Shown here one piece after another: positions 11,030 to 21,107 of a stretch of DNA of 64,000 nt. Made by a program: the position numbers and the translations under genes. The notes below the pieces were generated by a model. That model was not told where the DNA came from. It was given only the letters and a program-made list of their open reading frames with translations, and made no database searches. Location: contig OZ037844.1 in assembly GCA_964035575.1 (NCBI GenBank), positions 434,001 to 498,000 of the forward strand. Reading direction: 5' to 3'. The DNA is from Rhynchopus sp. YZ270_cl-10. Lineage: Eukaryota. Each line of letters opens with the position of its first letter. The stretch's first letter is position 1.

Positions 11030-11385
11030 TTTTTCTCTTTGTCTATTTTTCCTGCATTTTTTATTCTCTTCTTTGTACTTTCTTTTGTTTTGGTTGTTGT
11101 TAGATACGCTCAATCCCCTATCGAGTTCTGTGAATAGCACGGAACTCCTTTCCAGGTGTATCCATGGAAAGACAGTATCATATGTGATACCGAAATTTTT
11201 TTTGAAAGAAGGCGTCGTTAAGAAAAAAAACAAACAACGGACGCACTGTGTGAAAAAACGAGTGTTTCTCTGCGCGCGTGATATTTTGTGGGGAAGAATA
11301 AAACATTATGAACAAAGTTCGTTGCGTTCCCACTATCGTTTTCTTCATAAGTACGCAGTAAGTAGTGAGCGTAGCGAGCTACGTC
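11030..11385. repeat. Dispersed ~330-bp repeat, second copy at ~42990-43320
   Basis: Shared GTCTATTTTTCCTGCATTTTT...GTGAATAGCACGGAAC...CCATGGAAAGACAGTATCATATGTG...CCCACTATCGTTT. Confidence 0.75.
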
Positions 11386-11923
11386 TTGGGAGGTCTAGAG
11401 AATATAAATGAACGAGTCCTTATCCCCCTTGAAAAGACGACAGTCGTAAAAGGTTGGAAGGCTCATGAAAAATGGCCACTGCACATTGGCATAAACAACA
11501 GGGTTGACACCACGTACGAAGCCAGTCGCGGATGAAAGCTCGCAAAAAAGAAAGAACCAACGATTGTTAAATGAGCCAAAGAGCTTGGCCACCTTTTAAA
11601 TAAAATTAAGGACAGACCCGGACGCCGAGAACACAAATGGAAGTACAAAAAGGCCTGTCGGACACACAAAAATAGCAAAAAAGAATGTACAGTGAAACGT
11701 GGAAAAACCTAAAAAGAGCCCCAAGAAGGTACCATCTTGAAAACTGCTCAAAATAAAAAATGCGACAAAAATGGAGCACAAGAAACTCAAGGTGTAGAGA
11801 AAAAAATGTGGATTTTAGGATGACGATGCAGAGTGCAGACACAACACACAACACGACAGCACACCTCAGTGTCAGAGATGCACTCTCTGTGCCTGAGCCC
11901 CTCCCCCCCTTTAACGTTAACAC

Positions 11924-12643
11924 TCACTTTGCGTCCTTCCCACTCCACCGCACAACGAGCAGCGCTGTCGCCGCACCAAGGAGAAACGCCTGGTAGTTCT
12001 GAGCGACCCAACCGGAGAGGAAGGTGGTGGGGCGGGTCCAACGCCAGTGTGCGGTGTGCGGTGACCCATCCATGCACATGCCCGCCCCAGGCAGACCGTC
12101 CAGAGAGTAGCCGTAGGCACACAGCTTTTTGCGGAAGTCTGGGTCCATGTCTTCACCCATTTTGTCTGTGACCACTTTTGACAAAGTTTCTCTGTCCGTA
12201 TCGTATGTCATCAAAGGCACGGCCCAGCCGCAGGAGCTAGTGATGGTGAAGCTCTTGATCGTGATGACAGCCCGACAGCGTGCAGGGTTAAGCTTCGTCC
12301 AGTCAGAGAAGTTGGCTGCCACCTTCTGGTCATACTCCGCAGTGCCGTTCAAAGCTGCACTGCCGTAGCCGTAGAGACGGACAATAAGCGGATCGCCCTG
12401 GAAGGTGCAGAACATCAGCACCACCCGTCCGTTCTCGCGGATGTGCGCCAGCGTCTCACACCCACTCCCAAAAGAGTCCAAATACTGTACCTCATTTGGG
12501 CCTGTGATCTTGAAAGTGCCGTTCAATCCCTTTGGGCTGAGGTTGACGTGCTTCCCATTGACAGGCGCAGAGGCGGTGAACATGATGTGGCTGTTGGTGA
12601 TCACCCTCTGCACGGGCTTGTCGATTGTGTCGTGGAACTTCAT
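11924..12643 (-). CDS. Pyridoxamine 5'-phosphate oxidase-like protein, copy 2
   Basis: Close tandem paralogue of 10163-10882. Confidence 0.88.
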   Translation of the reverse strand: MKFHDTIDKPVQRVITNSHIMFTASAPVNGKHVNLSPKGLNGTFKITGPNEVQYLDSFGSGCETLAHIRENGRVVLMFCTFQGDPLIVRLYGYGSAALNGTAEYDQKVAANFSDWTKLNPARCRAVITIKSFTITSSCGWAVPLMTYDTDRETLSKVVTDKMGEDMDPDFRKKLCAYGYSLDGLPGAGMCMDGSPHTAHWRWTRPTTFLSGWVAQNYQAFLLGAATALLVVRWSGKDAK

Positions 12644-12749
12644 TGTTTGTTGTGTGTTTTTCTTGTGTAAGAACGGCGTCCTTTTTTGCAGTAATGGGGA
12701 TTGGGACGAGGGATCTTGAATCTGCAAGAAACGTAAAAATTATTCGCAA

Positions 12750-14663
12750 ACAAATATTTCCCCGCACCGTGCTCGAGGAGAACCTGCACCGCACCTGCGT
12801 GTTGTTCCTGCCTCGCATAGTACAACGCAGTCAGACGCAAATAAATTCTGTCATTCACGTCTACCTTGTTCAAGTCCACACGATAGCGCACAGTCTCGGT
12901 GTGCCGCAACAATAAGATGAGTTCTGATATTGTTGTTGTCCACCACACACACGTACGCACCTGCTTTGACCTTGGGTATGATTTCATCGATATCCGGTAC
13001 CTCAACCAACTGCCCCTGCATCAATGAGCACCTCCACCACATCTGCGTGCTTCTGTGCTACTGCGTGGTGTAGTGAAGTGGAGCCGCTATTATTTGACTG
13101 ATTCACGTCCACCTCAGGCATGCACAGAAGAGTACGCACAGTCTCGGTCTGTCCATTGGCAGCCGCAAGGCTGAGACATGTCTCCCCAAAGTTGTCTGTG
13201 ACACACACTCCCGCACCTGCTTTGAGCAGCGCCTCGACATCACGGAGCTTCCCACACTGGCTAGCCACGTGGAGTGGCGAACATCCGCGACCTTCATTGT
13301 ACTTAACCTCAATGTCTGCCCCTGCATCAATGAGCAGCTCCACCACATCTGAGTGCTTCTGTGCTACTGCGTGGTGCAGTGAAGTGGAGCCGCTATTATT
13401 TGATTGATTCACATCCACCTCAGGCATGCACAGAAGACTACGCACAGTCTCGGTGTGTCCATAGGCAACCGCAAGGCTGAGACATGTGAGTCCTTTGTCG
13501 TCTGTGACACACACTCCTGCGCCTGCTTTGACCAACATCTTCACAACCTGGAGATTCCCACACTCGCTCGCCTTGAGGAGTGGCGAACGTCCGTCGTTGC
13601 ATTTTGCCTCGATGTCTGCCCCTGCATCAATGAGCACCTCCATCACATCTGCACTTGCGTTCTCAACTGCTGCGAGCAACGCGGTGTAGCCATCCTCAGC
13701 CTTGTGACTCAGGTCGACCTGCGGCAAACCAACAAGATAGCGCACAGTCTCGGTGTGTCCAAATGCTGCAGCAATCATAAGACTTGTCGATCCTATATTA
13801 TGTGTGGCACGCACTTCCGCACCTGCTTCCACCAACATCTTCACAATTGGCTGACTCCCATTCTTGCAAGCATACAGCAGAGGTGTATAAGAGTCCTCAT
13901 CCCTTGTCTCGATGTCTGCACCTGCATCAATCAGGACGTTCACCACATCTGCGTGGTTTTGACCTACTGCACAGAACAACGCAGACCAGTCGTCAACACC
14001 TTTGTGATTCACATCCACATCCTTCAAACCCACAAGATAACGCACAGTCTCGGTGTGTCCATGATATGCTGCAAAGATAAGACATGTGTTTCCGAAGTTG
14101 CACGTACCACACACTCCCGCACCAGCTGCCACCAAATTTTTCATAACTGCGAGTGCTCCTGAACGACAAGCCAAGTGCAGAGGCGAACGTCCCATGTCGT
14201 CCCTTGCCTCGATGTCTGCCCCTGCATCAATGAGCACCTGACACACTGCAGAGTCCGCCCACATGGCTGGACAGTCACGGTTTTTGATGTCCTCCTGCCC
14301 GTGTGGGACACACGCAACGTTGCTGCAGACTGACTTCCAATGCTGCAAGAGGACCTCCGTGCACGCAGTGTGGTCTGCGTGGACGCACTCATTCAGCAGC
14401 ATCCCGAAGCCCATCTGCGTTGTCTCAACATACGGAAGAAGCAGTGCGAGGCATTCATCGTGGTTCCCTCTGCATGCCTCGTGCACAGCATCGAAGGCAA
14501 CCGTTTTGCTGTCTGTGTCTGGGCTGAGCTTCTCAAGTCCCACCCGCACGGCAGTCGTGTCGCCGTTCCTGGCAGCCTCCACCAAGACCTCGTCTGCAGA
14601 AAGCTTTCTTCTCTTTGGTGCCTTCTCGTCAGGTGTGCTGTCTGCGTGTTGCTCCTTCGACAT
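12750..14663 (-). CDS. Ankyrin-repeat protein copy 3 (553-aa ORF 13002-14663; fifth module degenerate at ~12750-13010)
   Basis: Four intact triplet modules, then an out-of-frame remnant HTETVRY..LNKVDVN..TALYYARQEQH..LLEHGA. Confidence 0.85.
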
Positions 14664-14692
14664 GGTTTGTGAAGATGTTGATATTCAATGTT

Positions 14693-14781
14693 TGGTGCGG
14701 CTGAAAGGGGGGGAGCATAAAGTGCTGAAAAGTGCTGAAAAAGTGCGGAAAAGTGTGAATCAGACCCCTTCAGCCACACCA
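14693..14781. mobile_element. 89-bp mini TIR element (TG...CA) with 5-bp TSD ATGTT
   Basis: TIRs TGGTGCGGCTGAAAGGGG / CCCCTTCAGCCACACCA. ATGTT at 14688-14692 and 14782-14786. The other ankyrin leaders have the empty site ATTCAATGTTGTGT. Confidence 0.85.
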
Positions 14782-15917
14782 ATGTTGTGTCTTTTATGCT
14801 GTTTCTTTTTGTGGAGGTTGTGAGGTGAGTGGTGTCCCTGAACTGCCACATTCTTCTTCCCTTGCACTGTCGTAAAGTGACTTTACGTCACGGCGTGAAA
14901 TCAAGAGTCGCTACAATTTTTCCGCCCCACTCTCAATTGTCTGGCTACCTTAATGCACTCCAATAAAAACAAAGAAAAGTTTGTAAGATCCTGAGCCTCA
15001 TCTCTCTGTTGTGTCACCCAAACAAAAATACGACATTCAACAAGCTAGTACTAGTATATGGCGAATGTGGAGGGACAAGAAAGGAATAGCTAGGAAGATG
15101 AACCGCAGCCTCTCGGGCGTGACTCAGCAACGCAAGCGTCAGCCAGAAAGAGAATCCCTTATTGCCAACGGTGCGTCTGGCCTCACAGTACTTTATCCAC
15201 CTAAAGTGTCGGTCGGGCAGATAAACAGTAAGAGGGCTTATTTGAAAAATAAAGTAGAAATTTAAATCTGTTATCAACAGTGAGGGGGTGAAAGCGCTGT
15301 TTCCCGCAGAACAACTCCAAACACCCCACCTCGTCCAGCATGCAGGGGAAAGATGAGGGTTAGAAACACCCGGCATGCTAAAGCCCTGAGTAATAACACA
15401 AACCCAGGGGGATGTTCTGTGTGGGGTTATTGTGAGTTTCTGACAAAGTATTTTATCATAATATTATATTATGCATTCAATATTGAGAGCGGAGGAGGGA
15501 TCAAACAAAAATGTTCCCATCCCTTCCTGACCAAAAAAAACACACATTTTAATTCTGTTTCACCCCCCCCAACCTACACTACTCTAAACAGTACTGTTGC
15601 AAGCATACAATGTGGCCACGTTGCACTGCGCATAATCAAAAAAAGCACGAAATACACCCTCCACAGTGTACCTTTGGTACAATGACGGGGTGGACCCCCA
15701 ATCATGTAGTCCTACCCCCATTTCAAACAACATGCAGTACGTATTGTTATGATGTGCATAGCATCAAAACTTCTCCGCTTATTGGGGCGGACCCGCAAAA
15801 TTAAGAAAAGTTTATAAGATGACCCTAAGCCTCTCATGCCTTAGCCACCTCATGAATACATGGAGAGAGTGCGCAAAACGAGACACTGTTTTCTGTACCA
15901 TTTACTACCTTGAAAGC

Positions 15918-17315
15918 TTACCTCCCGACAAGCCTCCCCTCCCTCTCGGTCAAGACGTACTCCGTTACGCGGTGCGTCGCTGCTGTGTCGGCATCGGTCT
16001 TTGTGATCTCCGCTTCACCCATCGGGTCGTCCACCACCAACCTCCACGGCTCCTTCACCAGCAGCAACGCCCCGAGGTCTCTTACTAGCTCTGCCACTGC
16101 TGCGGCAGCGTTTCCTTGCCACATCACCATTTGCATATTTTTGCGAACCTCCTCCGCATGGCACGCAATAAAGTCCTTCAACGTCCACCGCTGTCCGGAC
16201 GTCACATAGGAGCTCAACTCCAAACCCACCTTAGGCACCATGATTGCCGCCTCACGAGAGTGTGTTACACAACGCATCAGATCGGCTTCGTTTTGGACAA
16301 TCACCTCTACCCGACGTCCCTGCTTTGCCACACCAAAATCAGGTTCAGCCATTGTACCTTCATAACGTTCAAGACATGCCAAAGAGCCCTCAGGAAGGCT
16401 TTCCCGCATTTCCTTCAATTCATTGAGGTACCCCAGCTTGTCAAGAAGGTAGATAAAAGCGGTGTCAATGTCGTTCACCAAAACGTCACGTCCCCTGCCG
16501 TATCGGAGACCTACCGATTCTCCGACCGGGCGGGTGTCGAATACGACACGTGGTGCGTCGTCTGGGACTTCTTGTGGGAGAAGTGCTAATGGTGTGACGG
16601 TAAGGCTGGTTCCCACGACGAAGAGTGTGTCAACTTGGCGCATGTTGTGTTGTACTGTGGACAGTGCTTCTGGAGAGAGTTCTTCGCCATAGAGAATTAC
16701 GTTGGGGCGTACACCAGGTTTGTTGCAGGATTTGCACAGGATTTCGGTAGATTTTTGTGGCGCAGAAGCATCGGTGTTGGTGATGTCTTTGATGTTGGTT
16801 AGAATGGATGCGGCAAAGTTTTGTAATGTTTCCTCTTTCTTACAATAGTGGCAAACTGCAGAGGATAAGCTTCCATGCGCAGAGGTGACAACAGACTCTG
16901 GAAGGCCTGCAGAGATTTCCAACCCATCGATGTTCTGTGTAACGACATTGTGGATGAGATTGTGTCGATGGAGAATAGAGAGTGCACGGTGAGCAGCGCT
17001 TGGCTTCTGAAGCTTTGAAGCACAGTGTAGAATCATCCGCCTCTTGACCTCAAGAAAGCCAAGCTGTGACGCCTCGAAGCACTCCTTGCTTGCAACGATG
17101 CTAGGCTCTTCGGAAATGGAGGCCCGCATGTCTTCGGGAATGGTAAGCTTCGTCGCATCCAGCACGTCGTACAGACCTCCCTTCGAACGGTAGTCACCAA
17201 TCCCACTGTTGCGGCTGATCCCTGCACCGATGGTGACACCAATGTTCTTCACCTCACCAGAACGGATCTGATTGATAACATCATCGAAAGAGGCGATGAA
17301 GTTGGGAAGGGACAT
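15918..17315 (-). CDS. Class I-like sirtuin (NAD+-dependent deacylase) fused to a C-terminal ZPR1-like A/B domain
   Basis: Sirtuin: GAGISRNSGIGDYRS, TQNIDGLE, HG, CxxC..CxxC, RPNVILYGE, VGTSL.V.P. C-terminal: G.RVEV.V....DL.R.V..S..A.I.VP..GLE...PWRLVVDDPMG...I, which fits the ZPR1 A/B domain pattern. Confidence 0.88.
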   Translation of the reverse strand: MSLPNFIASFDDVINQIRSGEVKNIGVTIGAGISRNSGIGDYRSKGGLYDVLDATKLTIPEDMRASISEEPSIVASKECFEASQLGFLEVKRRMILHCASKLQKPSAAHRALSILHRHNLIHNVVTQNIDGLEISAGLPESVVTSAHGSLSSAVCHYCKKEETLQNFAASILTNIKDITNTDASAPQKSTEILCKSCNKPGVRPNVILYGEELSPEALSTVQHNMRQVDTLFVVGTSLTVTPLALLPQEVPDDAPRVVFDTRPVGESVGLRYGRGRDVLVNDIDTAFIYLLDKLGYLNELKEMRESLPEGSLACLERYEGTMAEPDFGVAKQGRRVEVIVQNEADLMRCVTHSREAAIMVPKVGLELSSYVTSGQRWTLKDFIACHAEEVRKNMQMVMWQGNAAAAVAELVRDLGALLLVKEPWRLVVDDPMGEAEITKTDADTAATHRVTEYVLTEREGRLVGR

Positions 17316-18035
17316 ACAGTTAGGAAAAAATGGTGTAAAAAAAATATGTAAAATCCTGGTAATTAAGTGATGTGGGTTGGAATAAATACAAAAACCGAGG
17401 GGGGGGTGAGTGCGTCTTTTTTTTGAGTTTAAATTGTTGACAACGCTTCAAACCAGATCCATCTTCTAAAAGGAAAAAAAAAAACAGGTTTTATCAGATC
17501 ACCCTAATCCGCTCTGTGCTTGGGTACCTAAAGAACCAATGACCTTTAGCTTTTGCCAGCCATCCGGATGAAAGCACAACAACTGCGGGCAACAACAAAG
17601 TGAAGTTGATAGTGCAAACGCCTCTGGGACGCAGGCACTGACACTCCAACAAAAGCAGGGTATTAGGGTGGTTAAAAAAACTGGTTTTGAAAACCAGTTT
17701 TTCCAAAAACTGGTTTTCAAAAAAAAAAAAAAAAAAAACAGAGAAATCTGGAGGGGGAAAAAAAACCGACACTTTTCACCAGGCCTTTCTGTAAATGTCG
17801 TCCCCAGATTAGGGCGGACTCGATTTTTTTCCCCGCATTTTTTCCCCGCCTGGTAGAACCGTGGTTGAACCAGGGGAGTGCCTTTGGGAAATGGCTGTTC
17901 CTTGATTTTTTTTTGCCTGCGGCGCCATTTTTCACTTTTTGCTCCGCAAAAAAGGGTTCGTTTGAGTGGCTCTGTGGTGTAAAAAGCTAGATTTTTACAC
18001 CGTACCCTCAAATTTTTTCGCCTGCGGCGCCATTT

Positions 18036-18396
18036 TATATTATTTTTCTCATATGAAAAAAAGTACTCTGAGAGATTCGTTAAGGATTCGTATGACATAA
18101 TATTAACTTTTTGTCAGCGGTGTGGCAAAAAGTGAAATTGTGTTTTTAGCCTAAAAATGGGTGGGGGAGATGTAAAAAGTACTTTTTTTTTTACTTTTTG
18201 TCACACTTGATCTGCCTTTGTTTTTGGTGGGATTTTGGCTTGGTGTGGCAAAATGTTGTGGTCTTCATGCCCAGGTCATATCCTGCTACATATTTCTCGG
18301 CATTGTGTTGGGAGTTGTGTTCAATATAATTTATGCCTTACGAATACTTATCGATCTCTCAGAGTACTTTTTTTTATATAGAGAAAAAATTATATA
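18036..18396. mobile_element. Nested element with ~65-bp imperfect TIRs and TA-rich ends
   Basis: TATATTATTTTTCTCATATGAAAAAAAGTACTCTGAGAGATTCGTTAAGGATTCGTATGACATAA versus the reverse complement of 18331-18396. Absent from the related copy at 3263-3310. Confidence 0.75.
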
Positions 18397-18617
18397 TTGA
18401 GTAAAAAGCGGACGTGTCACACTCGTGTGGTTCTCACAAATCAGTTGGTTTTTTGTATCACTCGCTTCGCTCGTGATACAAAATTCTATGTCACACTCGC
18501 TTCGCTCGTGAGACAACATAAATTACGTCACTCGCTTCGCTCGTGACGTAAAAGAACCAACTGATTTGTGAGAACCACACTCGTGTGACAAAAAGTCCAC
18601 TTTTTTTCACCTCAATA
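18395..18617 (-). repeat. Branched palindrome: long outer stem plus three CACTCGCTTCGCTCGTG hairpins
   Basis: Outer arms TGTCACACTCGTGTGGTTCTCACAAATCAGTTGGTT / AACCAACTGATTTGTGAGAACCACACTCGTGTGACA. Hairpins at 18459, 18494 and 18529. Confidence 0.9.
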
Positions 18618-19605
18618 AATAGCTATTTTTTGCTCCGCAAAAAAAAATACAGTCCCTATGTTCCCAATGTCTACCCTGGGTCAGCAGCGCCGAAAAATAT
18701 TTTGAAATCGGATTCCTGGATAAGACACTGACCCCACCCCCGAAAAACCCGAAAAAGGTGACTGTGTCCGTCAATGGTGGAGGTTTTCGCCGGAAACACT
18801 AGTTTTCGCCACCCAGGAGAGAAAACCAGAAAAACCAGTTTTTTCCGGAATTTTGGATTTTCACCCTAATACCCTGAACAAAAGGTGTAAAAAAAAAAAA
18901 AAAAAAACAAAGAAACGCTAAAAGATGCAAGGATGGTGTGATGCAGGCATCCCTCGAATGACCCCTAAGGATGAAAAGCACTATACCGTATGGCACAATA
19001 GAAAGATTGATGAATGTGCATCTGACACAACATCAATAACAAAGAGCAAACGTTGGGCTGGCCAATTCCGACACCACATCAGTGAGTGCCACGTTTTATG
19101 TTATTATTGTTTTTTTTGAAAACTTGGTTTGGATTCGTGACGCCGAGAAGGGTGAGATCCACAAAAATAGCTATTTGCCAGAAAAAGTCGTTTTCTTTGA
19201 TGAGTGTTTTCTGTGTGCACGAAATGCCGGATTTTTAAAAAAAAAATATTTTTGTACGATCTTTGATGGAAACATTCAACCCTGAGCCTTTGCTACTATG
19301 CACCTCAACAACAAAAAGCTGCCCCTCTCTCTACGATACGACCGCCAGACCTCAACAGCTTGTCCTGCACAAAGAAAACAGAGGTGTTTACGTGTCCAGA
19401 GCTTCACTTGCCTAAATGATAACTTTCTGAGTGCTCAATGGCACACAGAAGGAGGAGGGGGGGGGCGGGCTAAGGGAACACTTGCAGACGAGCACACCCC
19501 CATAAGGGGTCTGCAGAGACAGCTCTGAGAGGGCTGTGTAACAATACCTACCTAAGTAGGTGATTGGTCTTGAAAAAAAATGGTGTGTATGAGTGTAGAA
19601 CACCC

Positions 19606-19791
19606 TAGGCATGCCTAGAAGGCGAATTTCGTATTCGCCCTACATTCGGATCCGAATATAGGGCGAATATCATATTCGGCCTATATTCGGATCCGAATAC
19701 GATATTCGGATCCGAATATAGGCCGAATATGGCCCAAGAATTTTGGATCCGAATATAGCCGAATATCATATTCGCCTTCTAGGTGTGCCTA
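19606..19791. mobile_element. 186-bp palindromic MITE with TATTCGGATCCGAATA internal repeats
   Basis: TIRs TAGGCATGCCTAGAAGGCGAAT / ATTCGCCTTCTAGGTGTGCCTA. No clean TSD. Confidence 0.75.
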
Positions 19792-20399
19792 GGGGGGAGA
19801 AAAAGCAAAAATGGGCAAAACCCGCAAAAAAAAAAAAATGAAGAGAAATATGGGCGAAACTGTTAGGAAGCCTCCTCTGAATAGCGATATTGCCATACAG
19901 TGTCTCTTCACTACTCTCATTGACGAACTCAACGGGAGAGAAAAAGGGGGTATTTTTTTTCAAAAAAAAAAAAAAAGACAAGAAAATAATTTGATCGGTA
20001 TCGGGTCTGTATTTTGTTTTGTTAGTTTTATTGTATTATTGTTTTGTATGGACCCGACACAAATCAGGCGCAGGGGCACCTCGTGGAGCAAGGTTCCGAA
20101 GGTGTTGATAGAAATATAGTTAACCCCTCAACGTCAGGAGGCAACTTTTTGATAAATAATATGACCCCCCTCCGTATCTGTGAAAGTGGTCCGCATTTGG
20201 GTGTTATTCACTTTTTGTGAGGCCACTGCAAAAAAATGGAAGGTTTTTTGATTGGGTTTGTCAGACCCTTTTTGAATAGAAAAAGTGAAAAAAAAATCAA
20301 TTTCACATACTTTCCAGAGAAAGCACAGGACGTTCAAAAAAACACACACAAAAAAAACCAATTTCTTTTTCAAAATATCTGTCGTCCCACGTTTTTTTC

Positions 20400-21107
20400 C
20401 TATTGGGATCTCATCTGCCGGGAGACGAGCGTAGCAAGGAGGGACCCTACGAGAATGCCTTGGTAGTTCTGCGTGAACCATCCGGTGATGGTGGAGAGGG
20501 GACGGGCAGGACGCCAGTAGGCACCTTCCTTGCCCATTTCAACCCCAGCACCGGGGAGCCCGTCGAGAGAGTAGCCACGGATCGCGTACTTCTCGTTGTA
20601 GTCTGGCGCGTTTGTGAGCTTGCCAGGTGGTCTGGCAGTGTGGTTGTCGGAAAGCACGCGACGGTCCTGCTCAAATGTCATCAACGGAACAGCATAACCA
20701 CATGAGCTCGTGATGGTGAAGCTTTTGATCGTGATGACAGACCGGAACGCAGATTTGTCCAAAGCCGTGTCCCCAAAGTTTGCCACCTTCTCATCAAACT
20801 CTGCAGTGCCGTTTAAAGCTGCGCTGCCGGTCCCAAAGATGCGGACAATAAGCGGATCGCCCTGGAAGGTGCAGAACATCAGCGTCACCCGTCCGTTCTC
20901 GCGGATGTGCGCCAGCGTCTCACACCCACTCCCAAAGGTGTCCAAATACTGCACCTCGTTTGGCCCTGTTACCTTGAAGGTGCCGTTCATTCCCTTTGGG
21001 CTGAGATTGACGTGCTTCCCATTGACAGGCGCAGAGGCGATGAACATGATATGGCTGTTGGTGATCACCCTCTGCACGGGCTTGTCGATTGTGTCGTGGA
21101 ACTTCAT
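20400..21107 (-). CDS. Pyridoxamine 5'-phosphate oxidase-like protein, copy 3 (divergent C-terminal third)
   Basis: Same core motifs as copies 1 and 2; diverges after VPLMT; TM tail retained. Confidence 0.88.
   Translation of the reverse strand: MKFHDTIDKPVQRVITNSHIMFIASAPVNGKHVNLSPKGMNGTFKVTGPNEVQYLDTFGSGCETLAHIRENGRVTLMFCTFQGDPLIVRIFGTGSAALNGTAEFDEKVANFGDTALDKSAFRSVITIKSFTITSSCGYAVPLMTFEQDRRVLSDNHTARPPGKLTNAPDYNEKYAIRGYSLDGLPGAGVEMGKEGAYWRPARPLSTITGWFTQNYQGILVGSLLATLVSRQMRSQ

Larger units (their letters stand above)
17656..18876. mobile_element. hAT-type MITE with 15-bp perfect TIR and 8-bp TSD, carrying nested inserts
   Basis: CAGGGTATTAGGGTG (17656-17670) / CACCCTAATACCCTG (18862-18876). 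AACAAAAG at 17648-17655 and 18877-18884. Confidence 0.92.

Noticed and set aside
10883..11233. N-terminal extensions on the PNPOx-like ORFs (also 12644-12727 and 21108-21209)
   Set aside because: Non-ATG starts, low complexity, overlap with a dispersed repeat; sequence shared by all three copies begins at about MKFHDT.
15014..15920. Sirtuin gene continuing via the G|GTAAG donor at its stop codon
   Set aside because: A donor-like sequence exists, but the ZPR1-like domain is complete at that point and I found no convincing downstream exon. Unresolved without RNA data.
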